DNA from: Bacteroidales bacterium
GTDB taxonomy: Bacteria > Bacteroidota > Bacteroidia > Bacteroidales > WCHB1-69
Length of the DNA: 64,000 nt
NCBI GenBank assembly: GCA_045600525.1
Contig: JAZRYC010000010.1
Coordinates: 406 to 64,405, forward strand
Direction: 5' to 3'
Shown here: piece after piece, positions 9,058 through 18,400 of the stretch
How positions within the stretch are numbered: the first letter of the stretch is position 1
Layout: the number at the start of each line of letters is the position of its first letter
Program-made: the position numbers and the translations under genes
Notes under the pieces: model-generated
Told to the model about the DNA's origin: nothing
Database searches by the model: none
The model's input: the letters and a program-made list of their open reading frames with translations, nothing else

Positions 9058-10059
9058 ATGAAAAGACGCATCGTCCTAATTCTAGTCTGCGCACTTGTAT
9101 GTCTTAGCGGTTGCCACAACAAAAAATACGACGGCATGCCCGAAGAACTGGCCGCCCTATGCAAGAACATCGACAGACATCCCAAAAACGCCGAGCTATA
9201 CTATCAGCGGGCCGACTACTATTATCATCACAAAGACGTAGATAAGGGAATCACCGATATGCAACAGGCCATCCGGTTGCAACCCGACAGCAGCAAATAC
9301 TATGTTTTGCTGTCCGACCTCTACTTTGCCCAACTGGAAACCGACCTTACCGAAGAAATGCTTCAAAAGGCCATTGAGAAACAGCCGGAGAACAATGAGG
9401 CACGTTTAAAACTGGCTGAACTTTATTTCCATCTGCGCATGCTTGACCACTGCAACAGCACCTTGGACGAAGCATTAAAACAACAAAAGCACAATCCCAA
9501 AGCATACCTCATCAAGTCCTTTGTTCTTAAAGAGCAGCAAGACACCACGGGATATCTGCGCATGCTTCAAATGGTCATCGACCAAGACCCCAAGGAAGTC
9601 AAGGCCTATCTGGAACTTGGGTATTTCTACCAGCAGAAGATGGACCCCATTGCAGCCTCCTACTATCAAAACGGACTCAGCGTGGATCCCAACAATGTTG
9701 AGCTACACTACAATTTAGGGAAACTCTATCAGGACATGAATAAATTCGAAGAGGCCGAGCAGGAATACAAAACCGTCATCAAATTAGACGGCAAGCATAT
9801 TCCGGCATTGAACAACCTCGGGTACATGTATCTTGACGAAAATGTGGCCAAATACGAGGACGCCGTCAAGCTGTTCACCCAGGCTATCCAGGCCAACCCC
9901 GACTTCGTTTATTCCGTTTGCAACCGAGGAGTTGCCTACGAATACCTCGGACAATATGACAAGGCACGCAAAGACTACGAAAAAGCTTTGAAAACCCAAA
10001 CCAATTTCGAACCGGCCATTCTTGGATTGAACCGGTTGGACAAGAAACAAAGCCGCTAA
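9058..10059 (+). CDS. tetratricopeptide-repeat lipoprotein
   Basis: Signal peptide with lipobox LSGC. Multiple TPR-like 34-aa repeats (AELYYQRADYYY..., YNLGKLYQDM..., LNNLGYMYLD...). Confidence 0.8.
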   Translation: MKRRIVLILVCALVCLSGCHNKKYDGMPEELAALCKNIDRHPKNAELYYQRADYYYHHKDVDKGITDMQQAIRLQPDSSKYYVLLSDLYFAQLETDLTEEMLQKAIEKQPENNEARLKLAELYFHLRMLDHCNSTLDEALKQQKHNPKAYLIKSFVLKEQQDTTGYLRMLQMVIDQDPKEVKAYLELGYFYQQKMDPIAASYYQNGLSVDPNNVELHYNLGKLYQDMNKFEEAEQEYKTVIKLDGKHIPALNNLGYMYLDENVAKYEDAVKLFTQAIQANPDFVYSVCNRGVAYEYLGQYDKARKDYEKALKTQTNFEPAILGLNRLDKKQSR

Positions 10060-10062
10060 GTC

Positions 10063-11088
10063 ATGAACGAGAATCTGGATCCGTCTGCAAGCCGGATGTC
10101 TTCGGCAGACAAAGAGTTTGAAAGGGCGATTCGCCCCAATGCCTTTCAGGAATTTCAAGGGCAACAGCAGGTCATTGAAAACATCATGGTGTTCGTGCAT
10201 GCCGCCAAGGCACGCGGCGAGGCATTGGACCACGTTTTACTCCACGGTCCTCCAGGTTTGGGAAAAACCACCCTATCTCATATCATTGGCAACGAAATGG
10301 GCGTGAATGTACGCTGTACTTCCGGACCCGTCATCGACAAGCCCGGTGATTTAGCGGGACTGCTCACCAATCTTGAGCCTCACGACGTGCTCTTCATCGA
10401 CGAAATTCATCGTCTTTCTCCCGTAGTAGAAGAATACCTCTATTCCGCCATGGAAGACTACAAAATCGACATCATGATTGACAGTGGCCCCAGTGCACGT
10501 AGTGTTCAAATCTCCTTGAATCCCTTCACGCTGGTTGGCGCCACCACGCGATCCGGCCTGCTCACCGCCCCACTGCGCTCCCGTTTCGGCATCAACCTGC
10601 GTCTCCAATACTACGACGCGGAGACCCTCTGCAAAATCATCAAACGCTCGGCCTCCATCCTTGACATTCCCATCCATGATGATGCCGCATACGAAATCGC
10701 CTCCCGTAGCAGGGGTACGCCACGTATCGCAAACCTGCTTCTTCGTCGAGTTAGAGACTTCGCGCAAATCAAGGGAGATGGAACCATCACCCTTGACATC
10801 ACCCAAATCGCCCTCACCGCCTTGAATGTGGACCGACATGGCTTGGACGAAATGGACAATCGTATTCTCAGCACTATTATTGACAAATTCAAAGGCGGTC
10901 CTGTGGGACTTACCACCATTGCCACCGCCGTCAGCGATGATCCCGGCACCATTGAGGAAGTCTATGAGCCTTTCCTCATTCAGGAAGGTTATCTTATGAG
11001 AACACCAAGGGGAAGAGAGGCAACTGCCCTCGCCTATCAGCATCTCGGAAAAAACAGGCTTTCCTCCATTCAATCCGAACTTTTCTAA
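10063..11088 (+). CDS. ruvB: Holliday junction branch migration DNA helicase RuvB
   Basis: LRPxxFxEFxGQ, Walker [11 protein letters not shown], Walker [10 protein letters not shown], and [17 protein letters not shown]. Confidence 0.97.
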   Translation: MNENLDPSASRMSSADKEFERAIRPNAFQEFQGQQQVIENIMVFVHAAKARGEALDHVLLHGPPGLGKTTLSHIIGNEMGVNVRCTSGPVIDKPGDLAGLLTNLEPHDVLFIDEIHRLSPVVEEYLYSAMEDYKIDIMIDSGPSARSVQISLNPFTLVGATTRSGLLTAPLRSRFGINLRLQYYDAETLCKIIKRSASILDIPIHDDAAYEIASRSRGTPRIANLLLRRVRDFAQIKGDGTITLDITQIALTALNVDRHGLDEMDNRILSTIIDKFKGGPVGLTTIATAVSDDPGTIEEVYEPFLIQEGYLMRTPRGREATALAYQHLGKNRLSSIQSELF

Positions 11089-11099
11089 ACAACCATATC

Positions 11100-11885
11100 A
11101 TGAAAAAAGTAATCCTAACCCTTCTTTTGCTCTGCATAGGGTTCATCGGAATTCATGCCCAGAACATCGTCAATCCGCGGCCAAGGCACCCACACCACAA
11201 CGCCGACAACCCCGTTCCCATCAAAGATAACGGCGAAGGCGGAAGAATCAATTTCGGAATCTCTTTTGCGCCAACCTTCGACTGGATGTACACCCAGCAA
11301 GGTATGGAACGCAATGGGTTCATTGTCGGAATGCGCTATGGCGTCAATTTAAACATCAACCTCACCCATAAAAAGCATTATTACGTATCCACCGGTGTGT
11401 TTGTCGAACAACTTGGCGGAAAGGTGAAATTCGTTGACAACATACTCATTCCCATTGACAATGCCCAAATCACCAGTACGGAAATCCAACGCACCTGCCG
11501 AAGCAACTATCTCACCATACCCCTCGGCATCACGCTGAAATCAAGATCGCTCAGCAACTTCTACATCATTGGGAACGCTGGCATTTACAACAGCCTACGC
11601 TTCAGATCTACGAACACCGACACCTACAAGTTCGGCAATGAGTTATGGTCGCGACAGAAAGTCACATCCGACGATGCGGCGATGGTTAAAGAATCCGCCT
11701 ACGCCGGTCTCGGATTTGAGTATTCCGTCACCAAGGATTTCAGAGCTGGTATCACCTTGAACTATTCGCACGGCCTGACCAACTATTTCAAAGGAAAGGG
11801 GCTCGCCCAAAATAGCATTACCGGTACTAACCAAAAGGCCCAGTTAGGTTATTTTGAAGTAGTACTCAACATAAACTTTTTCTAA
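11100..11885 (+). CDS. outer-membrane beta-barrel (porin-family/PorT-like) protein
   Basis: Signal peptide, alternating beta-strand pattern, and a C-terminal aromatic residue (LNINFF). Confidence 0.6.
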   Translation: MKKVILTLLLLCIGFIGIHAQNIVNPRPRHPHHNADNPVPIKDNGEGGRINFGISFAPTFDWMYTQQGMERNGFIVGMRYGVNLNINLTHKKHYYVSTGVFVEQLGGKVKFVDNILIPIDNAQITSTEIQRTCRSNYLTIPLGITLKSRSLSNFYIIGNAGIYNSLRFRSTNTDTYKFGNELWSRQKVTSDDAAMVKESAYAGLGFEYSVTKDFRAGITLNYSHGLTNYFKGKGLAQNSITGTNQKAQLGYFEVVLNINFF

Positions 11886-11888
11886 AAG

Positions 11889-12500
11889 ATGAAATTCATC
11901 TGTATTGCCCGCAATTACGCCGCCCATGTGGAGGAGCTGCAACACAAAATGCCGACCCAGCCTGTTTTCTTCCTCAAACAGGAAAACGCCATTACACGCT
12001 GCAATCGTCCCTTCTTTATTCCAGACTTCTCTCAACAGGTCGATTACGAAACGGAAATCATCGTAAAGATAAACCGCTTGGGGAAATGCATCCAAGAGAA
12101 ACATGCCCATCTCTACTACGAGGAAATCGGGTTGGGGGTGGACTTTACCGCGCGCGACATACAACGCAAATGCATTGAAGAAGGCAACCCCTGGGAAATC
12201 GCAAAAGCCTTTGACGGATCCGCCGTTGTCGGCAAATTTCTTCCCAAAAGCCGATTTGCCGACGTGCAGAACATCAACTTCCACCTCCTGCTCAACGGAG
12301 AAAAGGTACAGGAAGGCAATAGCGGCAATATGTTGTTTACCATTGACCAACTGATATCCCACGTTTCCAAATTTATGACGCTGAAAACCGGCGACATTCT
12401 GTTCACGGGAACTCCCGTAGGCGTAGGACCCGTACATATTAACGACCGCCTGCAAGGGTATTTGGAAGGAGAAAAACTTTTTGACTTTAACGTAAAATAA
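11889..12500 (+). CDS. fumarylacetoacetate hydrolase (FAH) family protein
   Basis: KFICIARNY...P.FFLK...YETEIIVKI...LGVDFTARD...GTPVGVG is the FAH-fold signature. Confidence 0.8.
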   Translation: MKFICIARNYAAHVEELQHKMPTQPVFFLKQENAITRCNRPFFIPDFSQQVDYETEIIVKINRLGKCIQEKHAHLYYEEIGLGVDFTARDIQRKCIEEGNPWEIAKAFDGSAVVGKFLPKSRFADVQNINFHLLLNGEKVQEGNSGNMLFTIDQLISHVSKFMTLKTGDILFTGTPVGVGPVHINDRLQGYLEGEKLFDFNVK

Positions 12501-12523
12501 TTAACGGAACTATCTCTAAGACA

Positions 12524-13810
12524 ATGCAATTAAAAATCAGACTCATCATCATGAATTTCCTCCAGTTTGCCATCTGGGGGGCCTATCTAACCTGTATGGG
12601 ACGCTATTTGGGGCCTAACGGACTGGGGCCGCACATTGGCCTATTCTATTCTGTCCAGGGCATCGTATCCATTTTCATGCCTGCTTTGCTTGGCATTGTC
12701 GCCGACCGCTGGATTCCTGCCCAGAAAATGCTGGGTATCAGTCACGCCATTTCCGGCATCGCCATGATTGCCGCCGGTATATACGGCCTTTCCATCGGCA
12801 GTGAAGTTCAATTCGGACACCTTTTCACATTGTACACGATAGCTGTAGCATTCTATATGCCCACCTTAGCCTTATCTAATTCGGTAGCCTACAGCGCTCT
12901 GGAAAACGCAGGATTAGATACCGTCAAGGCATTCCCGCCCATACGTGTTTTCGGAACCATCGGATTCATCTGCTCCATGTGGGCCGTTGACCTTCTCGGC
13001 TTCCAAGAAACGGCTATGCAGTTCGTAATGAGCGGCATCATCGGTATCGTACTGGCCATTTATTCCTTTACCCTCCCAAAGTGCCCAATTGTCCAAAACG
13101 CAGAGAAAAAATCCCTATCGGAAGCCTTAGGACTGAAAGCCTTCTCTCTGTTCAAAGAAAAAAGAATGGCTGTGTTTTTCATTTTTTCCATGCTTTTAGG
13201 CGTGTCGCTCCAAATAACCAACGGATTTGCCAATCCCTTTATTTCCAGCTTCGGAGCACAGCCCGAATTTGCGAACACCTTCGGCGTCAAACATGCCAAC
13301 ATGCTCGTATCTTTGTCCCAAATCTCCGAAACCCTATGCATCCTGCTCATTCCCTTCTGCCTAAAAAAATTCGGCATTAAGCGGGTAATGCTTATCGCTA
13401 TGTTCGCGTGGGTACTTCGCTTCGGATTGTTCGGCATCGGCAATCCAGGCAGCGGCGTTTGGCTGTTTGTGCTCTCTATGATCGTCTACGGCGTTGCCTT
13501 CGATTTCTTCAATATCAGCGGTTCCTTATTTGTAGATAAAGAAACCGACATATCCATGCGTTCCTCTGCTCAAGGCCTCTTCATGTTGATGACCAACGGT
13601 ATTGGAGCAACCATCGGCACCTTATGCGCCCAAAAGGTGGTTAATGTATTCTGCGAATGGCAGCCTTTCACCACAAACGGACAGGCCCGGGCATTCCTTG
13701 TGGGCGATTGGACTTCCGTATGGGGAATTTTTGCGGCTTACGCATTTGTTGTAGCCGTCACGTTCATCTTCGCCTTCAAATACAAAAAAGAAAACACGGT
13801 TCAAGCCTAG
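12524..13810 (+). CDS. nupG: nucleoside:H+ symporter (NupG/XapB family MFS permease)
   Basis: The N-terminus LKIRLIIMNFLQFAIWGAYLT...FMPALLGIVADRW closely parallels E. coli NupG. About 12 TM segments. Confidence 0.8.
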   Translation: MQLKIRLIIMNFLQFAIWGAYLTCMGRYLGPNGLGPHIGLFYSVQGIVSIFMPALLGIVADRWIPAQKMLGISHAISGIAMIAAGIYGLSIGSEVQFGHLFTLYTIAVAFYMPTLALSNSVAYSALENAGLDTVKAFPPIRVFGTIGFICSMWAVDLLGFQETAMQFVMSGIIGIVLAIYSFTLPKCPIVQNAEKKSLSEALGLKAFSLFKEKRMAVFFIFSMLLGVSLQITNGFANPFISSFGAQPEFANTFGVKHANMLVSLSQISETLCILLIPFCLKKFGIKRVMLIAMFAWVLRFGLFGIGNPGSGVWLFVLSMIVYGVAFDFFNISGSLFVDKETDISMRSSAQGLFMLMTNGIGATIGTLCAQKVVNVFCEWQPFTTNGQARAFLVGDWTSVWGIFAAYAFVVAVTFIFAFKYKKENTVQA

Positions 13811-13834
13811 TTTTTCAGATATATCCAACCATAG

Positions 13835-13866
13835 GGGGATGATCCAAAAGGTCATCCCCTTTTTTT
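13835..13866 (+). terminator. rho-independent terminator
   Basis: Stem ggggatga/tcatcccc, 9-nt loop, T7 run, 25 nt after the stop at 13810. Confidence 0.75.
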
Positions 13867-14156
13867 ATCACACTAAACTAAGACCGCCCATTAAAGAACC
13901 AACAAATCAAAAACTTATCGCGCATAAAGCGCTCTAAACATAAAAAAACTTTCCACAATAAACTTTTCATAAAAAAACAACTTGCCAAACATCAGCATAT
14001 ATATATATTTTATATATTGCGTGCTTGTTGTTGGCAACTACCTTTATTTCTTCACATTACTTCCCTATCTAATGCAAAAGCCCTAAAATCAACAACAATT
14101 CATATTCCTTTGTTTAAAAAATCAAAAAAATAATAATCAATTAAATACACATTTTC

Positions 14157-15098
14157 ATGAAAAAACTTCTATTTTTTCTGCTAAGCATCTTTATGCTTGC
14201 GAACATAACCGGCTTCGCACAAACATTAAACGAAGGGTTCGAAGGAACTTCGTTCCCACCTGAAGGTTGGACTTCCATTCACGTGAGTGGAGATTTCTTT
14301 TGGGAGCAATCTACTTATGTTCAACATAGTGGAAATGCAAGTGCGTATTGGCCATCAGGTTATGTGAGAATGACAAATAACTGGTTAATAACGCCGCGTC
14401 TTACTCCTCTTGAAGGCGAAAGTCTCTCTTTTTATACTAAAAGTCGAACATATTCAAATGGGACGAATGTCTATGTGAAAGTTTCAACTACAGGGACAGA
14501 CCCCTCATCTTTTAGCACTTTACGAGATATCACAAGCGAAATCACTGATAATTGGAGTAATATCCAAATAGACTTGAGTGACTATGTGGGCCAAAACATT
14601 TATATTGGTTTTTATGTAGAAAATCAGGGGAAAGATATTTATATCGACGACGTAACCGGTGTGAGCCTTTCTGCCATAACCTGCCCCAAACCTACTAATC
14701 TGCTGGCATCCAACCTTACGGCGACCTCTGCCGACATTACATGGACGCCTGCAGGTTCTGCCACCTCTTGGCAGTATGTTTGTGTGACAACAAGTGCCGC
14801 CCCGCCAGATTGGAGAACTGCGGTAACGGTAACCTCTCCATCTGCATCCATTTCTGGCTTGTCTCCCACTACAAATTACGACGTTTACGTGCGTTCCTAC
14901 TGCAGCGCGGAAGATCAGAGCGGAACGATGAAAGTGTCTTTTAAACACTGTGTCCTTCATCAATCAATATCCCCTTTGCTGAGAATTTCAGTTCCCTTTC
15001 CGGTGACCTGCCAGATTGCTGGGATAATTCAGAAGGTACATCAACAGAAAGCTATAGATGGAAATCTCACTTCTATGGTTATGAGCAATATGGATTGA
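14157..15098 (+). CDS. N-terminal fragment of the giant surface protein (signal peptide, MAM-like/choice-of-anchor-J-type domain, Fn3); residues after about 14945 are out-of-frame read-through
   Basis: Signal peptide MKKLLFFLLSIFMLANITGFAQ. EGFEG..FPPEGW...WLITPRL...IYIDDV is an adhesin-type beta-sandwich. CPKPTNLLASNLTATSADITWTP is an Fn3 domain. The tail HCVLHQSISPLLRIS... has no match to the paralog. Confidence 0.6.
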   Translation: MKKLLFFLLSIFMLANITGFAQTLNEGFEGTSFPPEGWTSIHVSGDFFWEQSTYVQHSGNASAYWPSGYVRMTNNWLITPRLTPLEGESLSFYTKSRTYSNGTNVYVKVSTTGTDPSSFSTLRDITSEITDNWSNIQIDLSDYVGQNIYIGFYVENQGKDIYIDDVTGVSLSAITCPKPTNLLASNLTATSADITWTPAGSATSWQYVCVTTSAAPPDWRTAVTVTSPSASISGLSPTTNYDVYVRSYCSAEDQSGTMKVSFKHCVLHQSISPLLRISVPFPVTCQIAGIIQKVHQQKAIDGNLTSMVMSNMD

Positions 15099-15427
15099 TA
15101 TTTAATTCCTGTTATAACCCTAGAGGCAATACTAATTTGTTGGCAACGCCCGCGATTCATCTTTCCGCACCGTCTCAACTTACCTTCATGTATAAAAATC
15201 CTATGGGTGGAGACTTCTCTATATTGATTTCCAATGATGGTGGAGCTACTAAACAGACGTTAGCCTCTGACTTAACTAACACTGATACTTGGACAGAAAA
15301 AACTATTCTTTTGACTGATTACACTAATGATGACGTTATCCTATACTTTAAAGGCACTTCCAATTATAATTGGACATCCGGCGATTCCTATATCTATTTG
15401 GATAACGTTTTGGTGGATACTACGCCT
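14679..15427 (+). repeat. repeat module A1 (Fn3 + PFAENF...DCWDNSEG domain)
   Basis: Paralogous at DNA and protein level to A2 (18767-19504). Contains the frameshift. Confidence 0.8.
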
Positions 15428-18400
15428 AACTGCGTGAACCCTATAGACCTTGTCGCTTCTGAACCCACAACCTCCTCCGTAAAATTGGCTTGGACGGACA
15501 AGAACGAAACACCGGCGAACAGCTATACCGTGGCCTACGGCTCCGTCGCAACCTTTGACTTAGAAGACCCGACAACGTATTCCACTACAACGGCCAATAC
15601 CAATCCGTTTACGCTGACAGACCTAAACGCTTATACTAATTATAAGTTTGCCGTGCGTGCCAACTGCGGCGGCAATGAATATAGCGAGTGGTCTGAAACG
15701 GCAAGAGCGCAAACCAAATTAACACCCTCCGACTGCGACCCCGCCTCCTACCGACAGTTTGTCTTAGGAACAGGATCTTCTGCTGCCAATACTATCCCGG
15801 GATATATGGTTGCGAGCTTCTCAAAAGGTAATTCTTGGACGATCTATCCCGCTTCGGAATTGATAGCAAATGATGTTTATGACGGTCTCGTCAAAGGTGT
15901 GGCCTATCAAGCCACCACAACCGCTTCGGTGGAAAGCATCAAGATCTATATGGCCAACACGGATATGACATCATTCTCAAACCCTTCCGATACGATTAGC
16001 CGAAACGACATGACCTTGGTATATAGTGGTCCTGTTGATTTTGCAGCCAACGAGTGGACGGAGATTGCCTTCAATAACGCATTCTCCTACGATGGACATA
16101 GCAATATCGTCATCCTGTTTTGCCGCGAATCTGCTATACCCAACGATATCTCTTGTTATTACACAATAGCCGATTTAACACCAACTTTTTGTTACTCCAA
16201 AAGTGGTACTCGTTTGGCATCACATACATTAGATGTTCGCCCGAATACTCGTTTCACCATGTGTGTGAATGAACCTTCTTGCTTCAAAGTAGAAGAAATT
16301 TCGGCCGATAGTATTAGATCCACGTCTATTGATTTGTCTTGGAAAGACACACGTAACACCGGCGCTTCCTACACTGTGGAATATGGCTTAGCTGGCTTCA
16401 CTCAGGGTGAAGGTACGGTGGTTTCCAATATCAATACTCTGCATACAACAATTGAAAACCTTTCACCGGCTACGAATTATGACTTCTACGTTACCCCTAA
16501 CTGCGGCAGTTCAGATAATGGTGAGTCCAAAATGTTGTCTGTTTCCACTATTTACGGATTCCCATTTAGTGAAACCTTTGAAACCTCAGACCTCCCCGCC
16601 GACTGGACTCGCCTGAGCGGTGATACGGCAAATCCCGTCAGCACAACAAGTGGCTGGGTTTCAAGCAATATTGCCTTAGACGACTATCATTTCAAGATAA
16701 ATATTTATAATACTGACAAATACTGGCTGGTAACTCCTAACATAGATTTGACAGATGCTACTTCTGCAGAATTAACCTTTGACATGGCTGTGACAGCTTA
16801 TAACTTTACAGCTCGTCCTTCCGGAATCGGAGCAGATTCCGATGACAGGTTTATGGTGATTGTTTCTACCGACGGTGGTCAGACCTGGGACAAAACCAAT
16901 GCTACTACCTGGGGCTATGGTTATTGGAATAATACTGACTATGACCTCACAGTTGTTTCAAATACTGGCGATTATGTTAAAGTGCCTTTGGATAGTTATA
17001 TCGGCGGTACGGTGATGATTGCCTTCTATGGTGCTTCCACAACCCCTGGCAGTGACTTTGACATCCATGTGGATAATGTGAAAGTGGCTCCTGCTTCAAA
17101 CTGCTTGAAACCCATAGACCTCATCGCTTCTGAGCCCTCACCCTCTTCTATAAATTTGGCTTGGACGGACCAGGACGAAACACCATCGGGCCACTATACC
17201 GTGGCCTACGGCCCCGCTGAGACCTTTGACTTAGAAGACCAGACAACGTATTCCACTACAACGGCCAACACCAATCCGTTTACGCTGACAGGCCTAAACG
17301 CTTATACTAATTATAAGTTTGCCGTGCGCGCCAACTGCGGCAACAATGAATATAGCGAGTGGTCTGCAACGATAAAAGCGCTAACAACACCCGACTGCGA
17401 CCCCGCCGCCTACCAACAGTTTGTCTTAGGAACAGAATCTTATTTATCCTTTAATATCCCGGGAAATATGGCTGCGGACTGCCCGAAAGCTGATTCTTGG
17501 ACGATTTATCCCGCTTCGGAATTGATAGCAAATAATGCTTATGAGGGTCTTGTCAAAGGTGTAGCCTATCAAGCCATCACAACCGCTTCGGTGGAAAGTA
17601 TCAAGATCTATATGGCCAACACGAATAAGACATCATTCTCAAGCTCTTCCGATACGATTAGCCGAAACGACATGACCTTGGTATATAGTGGTCCTGTTGA
17701 TTTTGTGGCCAACGAGTGGACGGAGATTGCCTTTGATAACGCATTCTCCCACGATGGACATAGCAGTATCGCCCTCCTGTTTTGCCGCGAATCCGCTGTA
17801 ACCACCTATATCAGTTTTAGTTACACATCTGTTTCATCATCAAGTGTGTATTACTACCCATTATCTAATGGCTCTCATTTTGCATCTACAGCATCTAATC
17901 GCCCGAATACTCGTTTCACCATGTGTGTGGAGGAACCTTCATGCTTCCCAGTGGACGAAATTTCGGCCGATAATATTTCATCCACGTCTCTTAATTTGTC
18001 TTGGAAAGACACACGTAACGCCGGCGCTTCCTATACTGTGGAATATGGCTTGGCCGGCTTCACTCAGGGTGAAGGTACGGTGGTTTCCAATATCAATACT
18101 TTGCATACAACAATTGAAAACCTTTCACCGGCTACGAATTATGACTTCTACGTTACCCCTAACTGCGGCAGTTCAGATAATGGTATTTCTCGTATGTCGT
18201 CTGTTTCTACTATTTACGCATTCCCATTCAGTGAAACCTTTGAAACCTCAGCCATCCTCCCTACAGACTGGACTCGCCTGAGCGGTGCGGCTTTTGTTGC
18301 TACAGATCCCGTCAGCGCAACAAGTGGCTGGGTACCAAGCAATATTGCCTTAGACGGCTATCATTTCAAGATAAATATTTATTATACTGACAAATACTGG

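Noticed and set aside
13982-14037. Possible phase-variation signals upstream of the giant gene: an (AT)6 tract at 13997-14008 and a short inverted repeat TTGCCAA/TTGGCAA.
   Set aside because: The dinucleotide run is too short to be a convincing slippage tract. The inverted repeat is only 7 bp and encloses about 40 bp, far smaller than known invertible promoters. No recombinase gene is nearby.
14940-14946. The heptamer TTTAAAC, a classic -1 ribosomal frameshift slippery sequence, sits exactly at the frameshift in the giant gene.
   Set aside because: The phase is wrong. The frame-0 codons are tct|ttt|aaa|cac, so X_XXY_YYZ would need codons starting at 14941 (frame 1). A -1 slip of the A-site Lys tRNA would land on UAA. 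I also see no obvious downstream pseudoknot or hairpin. The paralog comparison explains the shift as a simple 1-nt deletion.
16407-18281. Alternative-frame ORFs 16407..16616 and 17844..18281, which have nearly identical translations.
   Set aside because: They lie inside the B1 and B2 repeat units of the giant gene. The same off-frame ORF is simply duplicated with the repeat, so this is not evidence of overlapping genes.
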